Shown here: positions 25,783-37,722 of the stretch, piece by piece
Numbering within the stretch: position 1 is the first letter of the stretch
How the letters are laid out: each line of letters opens with the position of its first letter
Assembly (NCBI GenBank): GCA_946965045.2
Contig: OX337229.1
Coordinates: 4,774,001 to 4,838,000 of the forward strand
Source of the DNA: Epithemia pelagica
Lineage: Eukaryota; Protista; Bacillariophyta
Reading direction: 5' to 3'
DNA length: 64,000 bases
Notes under the pieces: generated by a model
Databases searched by the model: none
What the model saw: the letters and a program-made list of their open reading frames with translations, nothing else
Told to the model about the DNA's origin: nothing
Made by a program: the position numbers and the translations under genes

Positions 25783-26537
25783 TGCAAGTGATGAGCTTTC
25801 CTTCACGAGCTTGTTTGGGGAGAGTTGATGTCGTATGGTTCATGGCGATGGCCATTTGATGGAATTGATGTGAAGAGTGTCGGAATGAAAAAATGCTTCC
25901 AGTCCCGCGGGGCTTGAGTTCTTTGCGGTTGACGACAATATCTTTGCCCCCAAAACAAAGCACCCCTTATCGACGCTCCCCTCAAATTTGTTGCTCGCCG
26001 CCATTCAGATTATTCACGGAGTGACAAACAACCACAACCACCACACGCAAAACGCAAAACTCTATCTACTTTGCGCGTGTTGTGAGTTGTGAACACCCAA
26101 CAACTCAACAAACAGAGAGAGGGCAAGAAGGATCGAATCTCCGTACTGCCGTCCCGGAGAAGGCACCCTGTTCGTTCTTCTTGATTACGTTGCTTATCTC
26201 TTCTGATCGCGGAGCAAGATCTGTGGAGTTCAACAGAGTAAAAGTTGCTGAGACTACGGAGAGAGAGAGAGTAAACGAAGCACAAAAAAGAGAACTCGAA
26301 GAGGTCTCAATTATTGGTTTTGAACCACACCTCTCCGCTCGGTTGATTCGGTTGATCCATCATTGGACGTTGGTGTCTCAAATTCAAGCCTCTCTTTGTC
26401 TGCACTGGCGTGAGTTTCGAGTGCGGACCAGAAATCGATATTCATTCTTATTCGATTCATCGATCTGTCCACCGTGGTTGTTGCTTGAACTACGACTCAT
26501 AGTTTCGTCCGATCATTTTCGGTGGAATCTGGATAAC

Positions 26538-29179
26538 ATGAATCACAATCCGCAAATTCTACAACATCAAGCCCAAGATATGTATACCCAAAGCCAAGAG
26601 TATGGTGCTCGTCGAACCAGCGATTTTCATGCACTCGCCAAGGATGCCGCAGAAGTATGGTCGAACCTTCCTCCTGAGCTGCGGGTGGATAAAGAGTATA
26701 TCTTGCATGCTTTGAAACACTCTCCTACACTTCCGCCAAAGGTTGACTTTGAACGCGCTTTTCCCAAATCACTACGATTCGACAAACAAATTGTCTTGAC
26801 CTTTTGCCAACGATCTGACTTTACCCAGCTCTACAAGGATCGATTGCTCTATGTTCCTGATTGCTTGAAAAATGATCAAGAAGTTATGATAGCTTATTGT
26901 TCCAAGATTCCTCGGAGTTTGCAAGAGGCCAGCGAAGAATTACGCAACAATGTTCATGTTGTTCAAGCTGCCGTACAACTGAATGGTTTGGAATTGCAAT
27001 ATGCCAGCCCTGCCCTGCGTTCCAATCGAGAGTTGGTTGTTCAAGCATGTGAAAACAATGGCCTCGCCTTGGAATTCTGTCCTCCGGGACCATTGCGTGA
27101 TGAGTTAACGTCCGATCGTCAGTTCATGTTGTCAACCGTTTTGAAAGATCACGGCCCCATGTTTCGCTATCTTGGTCCCACATTGCAGCATGACAGGGAA
27201 TTGGTACTTCAAGCCTTGGAACATGGAATGCGCTTTCGTTACTGTCCACCGGAATATCAGAACGATACCGACCATTTTGTTGTTTCAGCACTGCAGCGAC
27301 GAGCCGACTTGTATTTGCAGTTGCCACATCCCGTACAGGCAATGCGTAACGTCACGTTGGCTGCTTTGACATCTTTGAATGTCACACCGCTTGTCCTTGA
27401 GAAGGGATTGCAGCTTTTCCCGGACATGCTTTCGCAGCGTCCAGTAGCCTTGGCGTATGTTAAAAGCGCCGAGTTGAGTCACGTTCAAGAATACATTACC
27501 GAACAAGCACCAAATGCTTTCAAGGATGATGAGGAAATTATGTTGGCTGCTATTTCCCGGCATTCCAAATTATTCACGCATGCATCGTTGCGTCTGCAGC
27601 GTCAGTATGACATTGTCTTGGCCGCCATTGATGTAGATTCGGCAGCCGATGTTCTGAGTGCTGTTGGAAACGAGATGTTGCGTGCGCATCCAATGATTGT
27701 TGTCCAAGCGATTGACGTTTACCCCAAACGTCAATTGCGACTGTTGCGAACCCATATTCCGTTGGAGCTGTGGTCGGATCGTGATGTGGCCCTGGCCTAC
27801 ATTCGCCGAAGTGGACGTGTTTTGGAAGTCCTCGAACCCTTGTTGGAACACGATGAAGAGTTGGCCTTGGAAGTGGCAGAGCACGCTAGCCCCGATTTTG
27901 GACGTGTTGGAGAAGCTTTGAGAAGCAATGTCGACTTTATGAAGCGGGCCGTCGACCGAAATGGACGCGTGTTGCGGTACGCCCTAGTTGGAGAAGACAA
28001 TCTTGACTTGGCCGTACGGGCTCTGGCGCAGCATCCTCATGCGTTACAACGAACAAGGTGGAGCAGTGGCAGCGAGGTGACATCCTATATACAATCCAAG
28101 TTAGAATTGCACAACAACTTTTTAACGTTTCTGAGCGGGATTGCCTTTGACCGCCATCTACCATCTCACCAGCGATCCGCTCTGGCGATGTTGGACAGAG
28201 GCCAAGAAACACGACAAGCGTTTATGCGATTGGTTGTAAGTACTTATCGGAAATTGTCTTGGCTCGAAAACTGCATAAGGTCTCAGTCTCACAATATGGC
28301 GGACTTGTTGGTTTCTTTATCTCTTGTTTCTTGCAGGCTGAGTTTCTGGGAGTTCCCGTCGGTGTTGAGTTGCGCCTTTTTAGGAAAGCGTCAGAGAATT
28401 TAACGGAGTCTTCTTCCGACAGTAATAATGATTTGTACAATAATACGGAAGCGGAGGAATGGGACGTTGCGGATAGACGAGCTTTTCAACGCCGTCGACA
28501 AAACGAACGGAATCTCGGTGCCGGTGGTCTCCACCATCACGATGCTGAAGATGCCCTTGAGATGCTCCTAGATTTGGAGGACATGGTCGACGGCCCCCCT
28601 TTTGAACTCTTTCCCCCACCTGGGGAAGACAATAACAACGATCGTCTCAATCGTCGACCACCTGCTCGAAGAAACCAAAATGTTGGACCTAGAGAGGGAA
28701 GAGAGGAAAATCCAGGAGGTGCTCACGCTGTCCGCAACGTTGGTTTGGCTGGACGTCGTGGTCTCGGATGGGGTGCGTGGATGATGGAAAGAAGAGACAG
28801 ACCTCGTCATCAACTTCATCGTGATCGAGAGGAAGCACCGCCGGCTGCCATGCTTGAAGATCGAGATTTACTTGCTGGTCGTGGGCACCCTCGAGAAGAC
28901 GAAGGACAACGAGAAGATGGCGATGTCATTGAAGAACGCGAGCAACGAAGATGGAATCATTTTCGTACTCATCGTCGTGCAGCTGCCGAACTTGAAGCTT
29001 TAGATGATCAGGCTGGGTTGGGCGGTAACCAAGGGAATGAAGCGTTGCTTAACGGCGAAAACGAGGATGATCGTCGCAATAGAGATCGCCGACGATGGCA
29101 TGAAGATGCACGAACTTTTCGTCGCGAACGCGGGCGGTATCGCCGTGGCTGGTTGCGTCCCAATGATCATGAAGAATAA
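26538..29179 (+). CDS. DUF4116-repeat protein, 2 exons
   Basis: Repeated ...D+E+V..AV..NG.AL.YAS..LR motifs (e.g. VQLNGLELQYASPALRSNRELVVQACENNGLALEF). Intron 28236-28336 joins RLV to AEFLGVPVGVELRLFRKASENL, a typical C-terminal motif of diatom DUF4116 proteins. An R/D/E-rich tail follows. Confidence 0.8.
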
Positions 29180-29710
29180 TGCAGCTGACAGAGGAGCTTT
29201 TGCTTGTCATGAGTCCTGTGGCTGAGCTACATTATCGGTCTTCGTACATATATTGGCATTTTGCACCCTATCGATCCTTCCTGCGCGAAGAATTTGACGT
29301 TTTTGTATTTCAATGCATTGTCAAGTGATACTATCTATCTCCAAAGCAAGCATATTAAGTCGTTCCACAGGGGTCAAAGGATAGCCGCAGCAAACCTGTA
29401 GAGGATGAGTCCACTGAAAAATTTGGCCAAGCATTTCCTCTTCGACGATCCTTCATTCGCATTATTGTTCAATGTAGTGTTCAGATTGTATTTTCCTCTT
29501 TCTTGGAACACAACGTTTTTTCTGTTCTGCAACATTGAATCTCGTCACAGAATTCACTATATTCTAACGTGAAGTAATATTTCTCTACGTAAACGTGCAC
29601 TACGTAGTCATATTCCCTATTGGTTCATACGTCAATAGGAAATCATTTAGTTTGATTACGTTTATTCCGTGGTAAACTCATACTGTCACGTATCGCATCT
29701 TTTGCTTCGA

Positions 29711-32700
29711 TTACATCAGATAGAAAAAGTGCTTTTTGATCAGAAGCATGATGGGAAACGAAAAGATGAAAAGAGGAATGGCAACTGCAGGAGCAAAGGT
29801 TGAGGTTTGGAGTTGTCACAGCTATGAAATCCTTGTTCGTTAATGTACGTACTTGTATTGATGATGTCCGTGTTAATAAGTCGATGTGAGAGAACGACAG
29901 ACAAAAGTTGCAGATCGGCAACAATTCTGGCAAGAAACCCAATAACCACAACCACTGTCCCGAGGTTGAGTACCACGCTATGCCTTAGGGGGGAAAGCTT
30001 GGATAGAAGTGACAATGTGGCGCTTTCAACAGCGACCAAACCTGCGTACGTAACAGTAACTCCAAAGAGGTACTGAAACACACCAAAACTCCAATCGTAA
30101 GTATTCGTATGTTGGTTATTTTGCGATTCAGTCAAAAGATTTGGTACCCGTTGGGCCAACGAGAAGCAACTGGTCCAATTGATCAAAATGAATGAGCCTG
30201 CAGAAGCGACGATAATCATTCGCTTCAAAAAGTGATTCATGTCAGTAACTGATTTACTTGCGTTGGGGCAGGGAATTTATTCTGCTCACCTTTAATACAA
30301 CTCGTTCTTCGAACCTCCGAGCGACACGTTCACAGAAGCAAATGACCAGCGGCACCAATAGAGTCAAGACTACAAGGACCGCCCCAGCTCGTAGTCCACT
30401 CCAATCGAAGTAATGTGTCGTTATCAGGGGAGTGGCGGTAAAGAATATCTCAATAGCGAAACTCACATAGAACACAATGAACAACAGTGCTGGGATTGCG
30501 ACATGATATGAGAGAAGTTTCCGTAGTCTTGCCGCGAGCGTCCTCGTGGCACCCCTCGAAGGTCCCCGCGGCCTCATCTCTTTGGAGGATGGATGCCGTA
30601 ATGGCACTGTTTCATCTTCTGGTTGTATTGCTCCGTTTCCGTCCGCACCAGGGATACCAGCATTGTCCTCCACCAGTTTGGACGAGGACCAAATGCTTCT
30701 GGGCGTTCCAATAGGGTCACTATCAGACGAGTCATCCCCCTGCTCTTCAGCACTTTCGCCCAAGGCCTCCCCGGTCTTCTCCTTTGCACCATGTTCCGAC
30801 TCGCCCATATGATACGGTCTCTTTCTATGAAATTGAAGTAGAAGACGTACAATGTGTGCGGCCCAAAGGAGGGCCATCAGCCAACTAGCGAATCGCATTG
30901 ACCGTACTCCAATCGTGAACCTCAAAGGGACAAGTTCAGTACAAATACCGAGAGCCAATCCCAGGAGGGTACCAATGATTCGACAGAAGACGACTTTGGC
31001 CGTTGCTGGGATAACCTGAGAAGGCCAGAAAGCTAACACCAGTTGCCGATGAAGTATCTCAGCGGAACTGAAACCAACAATGAACCTTCCGAGCAAAGCA
31101 AGGCGTATCGATTGTCTGTCGATTGCCACCCCATTTATGATATTTCCCGCAACACCAGCAAAACCAGAAAATATCAACAGTTTCCAAACTAATCTCACGT
31201 TCACAGATGCCCGCCTGCCATGAGAGGAAGAATCCCCCGAAAGGATGACGCAATGAAAGATGACAATCAATAGTGCAGCAAGGTTTGGAGCACCAATCAC
31301 AATACTTGAGTAAGCATAAGGTGCGCCTGTCGAAGCAACGAAAGTGTTTGTTGTCGCATGCGCGATGTAGTAGTTCATCTACGGCGGGATTAGAGCGGAA
31401 ATCATACACCGCAAATTTGCGAATTGATACAATCTTACCATATATAGCAAGCATCCCGCGGCGTTCAGCTGCGTGGCCACGAGTGGTATGTCTGGGAAGG
31501 AGTAATTGATACGTTCGATGGGGTCGCTCCTAGACACGAAACGTTTTATATCGAGCTCTCGAGAATCAGGATCAATGTTCAAGCACCCAACAACGTTCAG
31601 AAGATCTCGATACAACAATGTAGGAGACGGGCTAGCAGCAGAGGGTGAAGTTGATACGCCCAGTGTTGAGACCATCAAGTCAGCCAAAGACTCTTTCATC
31701 CATCGCCCCTTGCTCAGGCCTTCAAAAAGAATTCCCTGCAAGCGGACCATTTAATGAGAATCATTATACACATTTCAAGTCTTGAATTTTGTCGAACGTA
31801 CCGTGTCTAAGAGAATTGCGGCGTCGGGATTAAAAGAGACAAAGAAGTCCAAGGTCGCCCTAGAGCACCCATCGAGACCTTCCCCCATGTTTGGTCTTCC
31901 TGTAAACGTGATCATTGAACGAGAAAGATATGTGTAAAAATGATGCGTCTTGTATCGCGCTGCTTCTCCCAAGGCAAAGATGGAAGTGACTGTAAATCGC
32001 AACCGGGTCAGCGAGATACTAGAAGCAGTCGATGGAGGACCTTCGCAACGCTCATCCTCAGACAGAACATCCTGGAAAAGTCCATTTCTCTGTCCTCGTT
32101 GATGTGATGTTGACGCATTTTTTGCGGCAGGATCATTACCTCCAGATCTCCGAGGCGTTTCATTCAGTTTCGTTAGGGCATTTTGTCGCAACCGAGCGAC
32201 CTCGTATTCAGAGAGGGCCAGGGCCAAACAAGATGAAATTACTTGTACAGTCCTGGAGTTAGCCAGCTTCTGAATTTTGCGATCATACAGGCCGACCCTG
32301 TGAAAACGCCACAGAAGAAAAGAAGACATATTTGAGAGAGAGAAACAGACATCTTCTCCTTGGCAAATGAACGACTTGAACCGTGACTTACAATTTGTAC
32401 TGACTCATACTGGCTAACAGTGTAGGGCTGACAAAGATGAAAAATTGTGAGACCGAGCTACTCCTTTGCCGTTGCGACTAAGACCAAAACTCACTGTGCT
32501 TCATAGATATCACCTGAATTTCTGGCAATAAGTCCTCCCAGAGTTTGCGTATCTTCAATTGCTGCCGGTCCCTTTGTAGTACGATGGTAGTACCCTCCGA
32601 GCATACGATTCATGAGGAGTCGATCATGTTTGCCACAAATCTTTCGTACAGCAATGAGATTGACACAAATAAACCGTAGGACATGAATCAGTTCGACCCC

Positions 32701-34761
32701 TACTGCTGTGTATCCATCGACTTCTTCGACGGCAGAAATTAACAACATATCCTCCCCTAATATTTGATCGTTCCTTAGAAATATGGGTCGTCGTTTCCGC
32801 AATTCCGTGAAATGCGCAATTTGACGCAAGGCGGCCGCATTCGCGTACTCTTGAGCACGCGACTCATGCTCAGGACTGGATTCTCCCGATTTGGAGGACC
32901 CTGCAGACATTTTCTTTTGCGCCGACGTTGAGCTTTTGGATTGCGTTGCACTACTATGACCAGAACGTTTCCCTCCTCCCTGTGATGCCTGTTTGCGGCG
33001 TCTTGTCGAAGAGGAGGCTGCTTGATCGCTTCCTGTTCCACCACCCATTGCCGCAAAGACAGTGGGAATCCGTTCTCCTCCATTCGTGTCTTCTTCGGAC
33101 GAATCAGACCATATCCCCTGCCCCGCCGCCACACCTTCGTCCTCTGACGACGACGCCGAGGGATGCAATCCGGCATCCGACAGGGGATAATCAAAGGCGT
33201 CGGCCGATCGATGATCTTGACCCCCGTGATGATGGTGATGATGATGATGGTGCTGTTGACGACGATGATTACTGCTGTTATTCATGCTATTTGCATCAAA
33301 GTCATCAATATTGGAAAATCGCAGACTACCTGCTGTGTCGGCCAATTCGCCCAGACGAGATTGCGCAAACAGAATGACCTTTTCTGTTTCGGCTCGCAAC
33401 AAACCCAAGAATCGTTCAGTAATGGCCCGAGCTTTGGAATGGGCCAATCTCAAATGTCGCGGAGCTTTCTTCTCGCGTCGTTTACGCAATTCGCGCAAAC
33501 GCTTTCTTCGGCTGCGTCGTTGTCGGCGTTCTCGTTTCCGTTCTTCCAGAAACCGTCGCTTCTGGCTGTTGCTGCTCGTAATCGATGCGTGATGATGATG
33601 ATGAGTTGATGCCGCACCTGAAGCGGACAATGGATGGGACAACAAGGGAGATGCATTCAAAGAGGAGGCAGCTGTACTGGGATCACGCATAAGGTGATGT
33701 TGAGATTGAGGTTGTTGGAGTAGTGGTTGTTGTTCTCCCGTAGTGGATGCCAACAAATGGGAGGCCCCAGGTAGCAGAATGGATCCCGCGCTACTATCGA
33801 GAGAAGCACGTGTCAAATGAGTACCAGCACCACCTCCTCCATACATGGGCATGGGTGGGGTGATGCTTTCAGTGGAGAAGGTATAGAGCGATGATCCTGC
33901 CGCTGCTGCACTGGGACCATGAGACGCCACCGTGTTTGATGGGGCTCCACCAGCGGTCGTTGTTCCAGTTGTAGTCGTCGCAGTCGCCGAAGGAAGTAAG
34001 GAAGAGGTGTCTCGGCTACTTACTACCACTGGAGCATTGAGAAATGACTGCCGCAAACTGGCTGATCCTCCACCTTGACTAGTATCTTCATCCCAGAAAT
34101 TGTTCATATAGAACGCATGCGGTCCCGCCATTCCACTACTGTCCATGTAAAATGCGTCTTCTTCTGGAAGGTGCTTCATATTGCTTTTTCTAAACTTTGA
34201 CTTTTTGGCATTTGGATTGTCAGCCAAGTGATGATGTTCTCCAGCCCCAGCAAGGGACGACGAGGACTTTTCCCATCCTCCCCAAGAGGCAAAGGAGTAG
34301 GACACACCTCCACAACCCGAAGCATTTTCTTCATCTGAAGAACTAGGTTCTTTGGAATAAGAAAGCAAAAATGGTTGATTGGACTGATGATGTGAATTGT
34401 TGTGAGAATTGTTGGAATGCATTTTGTGGTCTGCTTCGACATGAATGGAACTGTTGGACGACATGCATTCTTCATTGGAATCCTCTACCGACATGTATGC
34501 TTCGTCGCTGTCTGATGCCAGAAAGAGTTCATCACGATAGTCTCGAGATTGGTCATGATTAGGCTTGCCGCCGGAATCTCCCCCTCCTGCACCCGACGAC
34601 GGGTCAAAGACGTGAGCCACAGACGTCCGTCTCCGATGCCCTTCCTCTTCGTATACGGCTTCAATTTGTGACAACAGCAGTTTTAATGTCTCGTAATCCA
34701 AATATGCACCTTCCCATCCTGGTCGACGCGCGATACGCAGCGAAGAGCCAAAACCGACCAT
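29711..34761 (-). CDS. SPX-MFS phosphate transporter (vacuolar phosphate transporter Vpt1/PHT5-like), multi-exon
   Basis: Split SPX domain (MVGFGSSL...YLDYETLK; FLGLLRAETEK; RFICVNLIAVRKICGKHD) followed by MFS helices (ALLGRFIVGFSSAE; ESATLSLLSKLSP). It includes a 36-nt micro-exon (32427-32392). The last exon reads IAIPLFIFSFPIMLLIKKHFFYLM* with the stop at 29711-29713. Confidence 0.85.
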
Positions 34762-35419
34762 GGTTACTTTGTGTCTTCCTCAATCGACGCGAGATATTGG
34801 AAACAATGACAACACTGTAAATACTAGCGAAAACGTTAGCAGTCCAACCAATTCCCAGATGGCTCAGAAAATGCAAAGAGCTGATCTCGAAGTCCAGAGG
34901 AGATACACAACAGGGTCACCCAGAAGAGCAAAAACAATGAACAAGAAATCTTCCTAGAACACACAAAAGGTGGAGGGAACATTGCGCTTCTTTTGGATGT
35001 CCTACAAGCTCTCCCGGTTGTCAGGCGTGACGCACGCGCGCCCACACTGCCTCTCGCGCAAAGATGGTCAGAGTCGCGACCAAAAAAGTCTATGGTTCTA
35101 TCTGCTGCTCCACAAATCTCCAATCATACACTCTCTAGGATACGACAAACCGAGAACTCATCTGCTCTAAAGACAACCAAAAAGGGATGGCTCAAGCTGC
35201 CAAGAAAAGCCTGCAAACCTTTTCCGTTGGGGTACAAGGTGGAGGGATTGCGCACATCAACGTCCTAGGAAAGGGACGCACCCGTAGCGATTTAGCCCGG
35301 AAGAACGATGATAACCAGACCAGTCCAAGCTTTTGAGACAAGATACCGAGCTCTCCCGTGTTGGTTTCACTCTTATGTTGGTCGAAACATCTTGACGACA
35401 CTTTGATGAACAGTGCACG

Positions 35420-36265
35420 TCATCTTGACGTAGCAGCATCCTCCATCGAACACCGTGACCGTTTAATATCAGGGGCAAAGTCCATTGTTGCCGTGGATGT
35501 ATCAGCCCGACGTTGGCTAGATTGTGTTTTTGACTGGCGCTGATACCAGTGAGCTCTGTAGTCCAATAAGATTGTCTTGTGATCAGCAAAGTATTCATAC
35601 TTTTCAATATCCTCCATATCAATAAGTTTCACTTCCTTCACATCATCTGCCGCTTTCGGATGCTCAGTACCCTCCAAGTGAATTGCATAAACAACGCTCA
35701 CTGTATGGCGTCGATTGTCCCGACGTGGATCCGAGTAGATGCCAAACAAGACAGGTTGTGGTGGTTTTCTCGTCGGAGCTAAAGACAATGGTGTTGAAAT
35801 ATCAATACCTGTTTCTTCCTTGAGTTCTCGTCGCACTGCGTCTTCGGACGTTTCTCCTATTTGAACAAATCCACCCATGGTGGCCAATTGATTGGTATCC
35901 TTACGTCGAACAAGCCACAATTGATTCGATCCAGATATAATCACCAAATCAATAGCCAAGCTGGGTGTACACATGCAGTACAAATCGTATGAACTGCAAA
36001 AACAGCTTCCTGATTGTGGTCCACTCGGATGCCCGCCGTTCCAATGTACCTGTGTGCTAGTTGGCCCGTTTCCTGGTGGTCGCAGCAAGGGCGACACAGT
36101 CGTGCTCGCCCTCAAGACCAGAAACAAAATTACAAGGGAGAAAACGACATTCAAGGCAAAGGACAAATTCGAGACATGTGCCATTGTGGTTAAGCCAGAA
36201 GTGCTCAAGTTGCTACGACGTCGTTTCGGTAGAGCCGCAGCCGCCATTGAAGAAGGAAATACCAT
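35420..36265 (-). CDS. Nudix hydrolase (ADP-ribose pyrophosphatase-like) with N-terminal TM segment
   Basis: Nudix box GGFVQIGETSEDAVRRELKEETG, plus YSDPRRDNRRHTVS and AADD motifs. Confidence 0.9.
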   Translation of the reverse strand: MVFPSSMAAAALPKRRRSNLSTSGLTTMAHVSNLSFALNVVFSLVILFLVLRASTTVSPLLRPPGNGPTSTQVHWNGGHPSGPQSGSCFCSSYDLYCMCTPSLAIDLVIISGSNQLWLVRRKDTNQLATMGGFVQIGETSEDAVRRELKEETGIDISTPLSLAPTRKPPQPVLFGIYSDPRRDNRRHTVSVVYAIHLEGTEHPKAADDVKEVKLIDMEDIEKYEYFADHKTILLDYRAHWYQRQSKTQSSQRRADTSTATMDFAPDIKRSRCSMEDAATSR

Positions 36266-36435
36266 GGTGGCTGGATGGTTCGTCGAAAGAAAAGTCTGTG
36301 CTGTGACAAAAAAATGAGATCAGTCGCTGATAACACGCACCCCAACGACCATGGAGGCGCCCATTTGTATGCCCATGACATTCTTCGAACTGAGAACGAG
36401 ATTTAGGAACGGAAAGGGCCTTGGATATAGAAACA

Positions 36436-37577
36436 ATGGTGACTGCTCAATCCCAGGCGATCATACAGCAAACGTTGTTACCTCGCATGGGGCTGGGCAT
36501 GGCAGCTTTGGGTCGACCGGGCTACATTAACTTGGATCGATCGTCCATCTTTGGGACCGAAGAAAGGACCGTCGAAACGATGCAATCGTCGGCCAATACC
36601 GTCATGGATACTCTCTTTGAAAATTGCGGAGACGAGCGACCTTGGCTGGATTGTGCCCGGTCGTACGGTTTGTCCGAGAAATTTGTGGGCGAGTACCTAC
36701 GGTCCAAGCAAATTTCTCCCAGTAGTGTCCATGTTTCATCCAAATGGGGATATAGTAAGTTGGAATCATAAGCAACCGCTCCGAGACGAGAACGAACGAT
36801 ATGAGGGCTCTTAACGATTTTATCGGCTCCGTTTTATTTTCGTCCATGATTGAATTGCTGTTAGCCTACGTTGCCGATTGGAAAGTGTCATTGGAAACTC
36901 CCGATGCGAAACATGAGGTTAAGGACCATTCCACGGAAAACTTCCTGAAACAAGTTGAGGAAAGTGCCAATCTCCTCGGAGAATACATTGATTTATACCA
37001 AATCCACTCTGCAACTTTTGATTCGGGAATTTTGGATGATACTCGAGCCCATGAAGCGTTGGCGACTTGTCGAAAGGAACGAGGGTGGCGTATTGGTCTT
37101 TCCGTTTCGGGTCCGCAACAAGATGAAATTCTTCGTACCGCACGGCAGATTCGAGTCAAGGGCGACGTAGAGGGAGGTGAAATTCCCTTGTTTGTCTCTG
37201 TACAATGCACCTTCAATTTGCTCGAACAGCGGCCAGCCGCCGCCCTGCGAGAGGCATCCAAAGCAGGCATGGATATCATTATAAAGGAGGGGCTTGCCAA
37301 TGGTCGCGTTTTGAATCATCCAGCCTTGATGGAGTATGCCAAGCAGCTCGACTGCCAAGTGGATCAATTGGCCTTGGCCTTTATACTTGCTCAAGATTTT
37401 AGCCCACGCGTTTTGTCAGGCGCCGTCACTTCGGAACAGTTGGTGTCGAACCTTCGCGCCCGAGAGGTGGCCAAGAAACTCGATGAAAATCCTGACTTGA
37501 TGTCTGAAATTGGAAAGGCATGTATCATGGAAAGTGAAGAATACTGGAAAGAACGATCGGCTCTACAGTGGAATTAA
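36436..37577 (+). CDS. Aldo/keto reductase, 2 exons
   Basis: Motifs GLGMAALGRPGYIN, DCARSYGLSEKFVG, SSKWGY|TYVADW across intron 36755-36864, IDLYQIHSAT, IGLSVSG and KEGLANGR. Confidence 0.9.
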
Positions 37578-37722
37578 CTCCTGAACCAACCAGCCATGAC
37601 TCTAAAAATCATAGATACACCTACACTCGTTCATTGATACGATACCGTGAATGAATCCCTGAATGTGGCTAGATAATTATGACACTAGCTCATCGCTGTT
37701 TGATGCGAAACTTTTTTCATGA

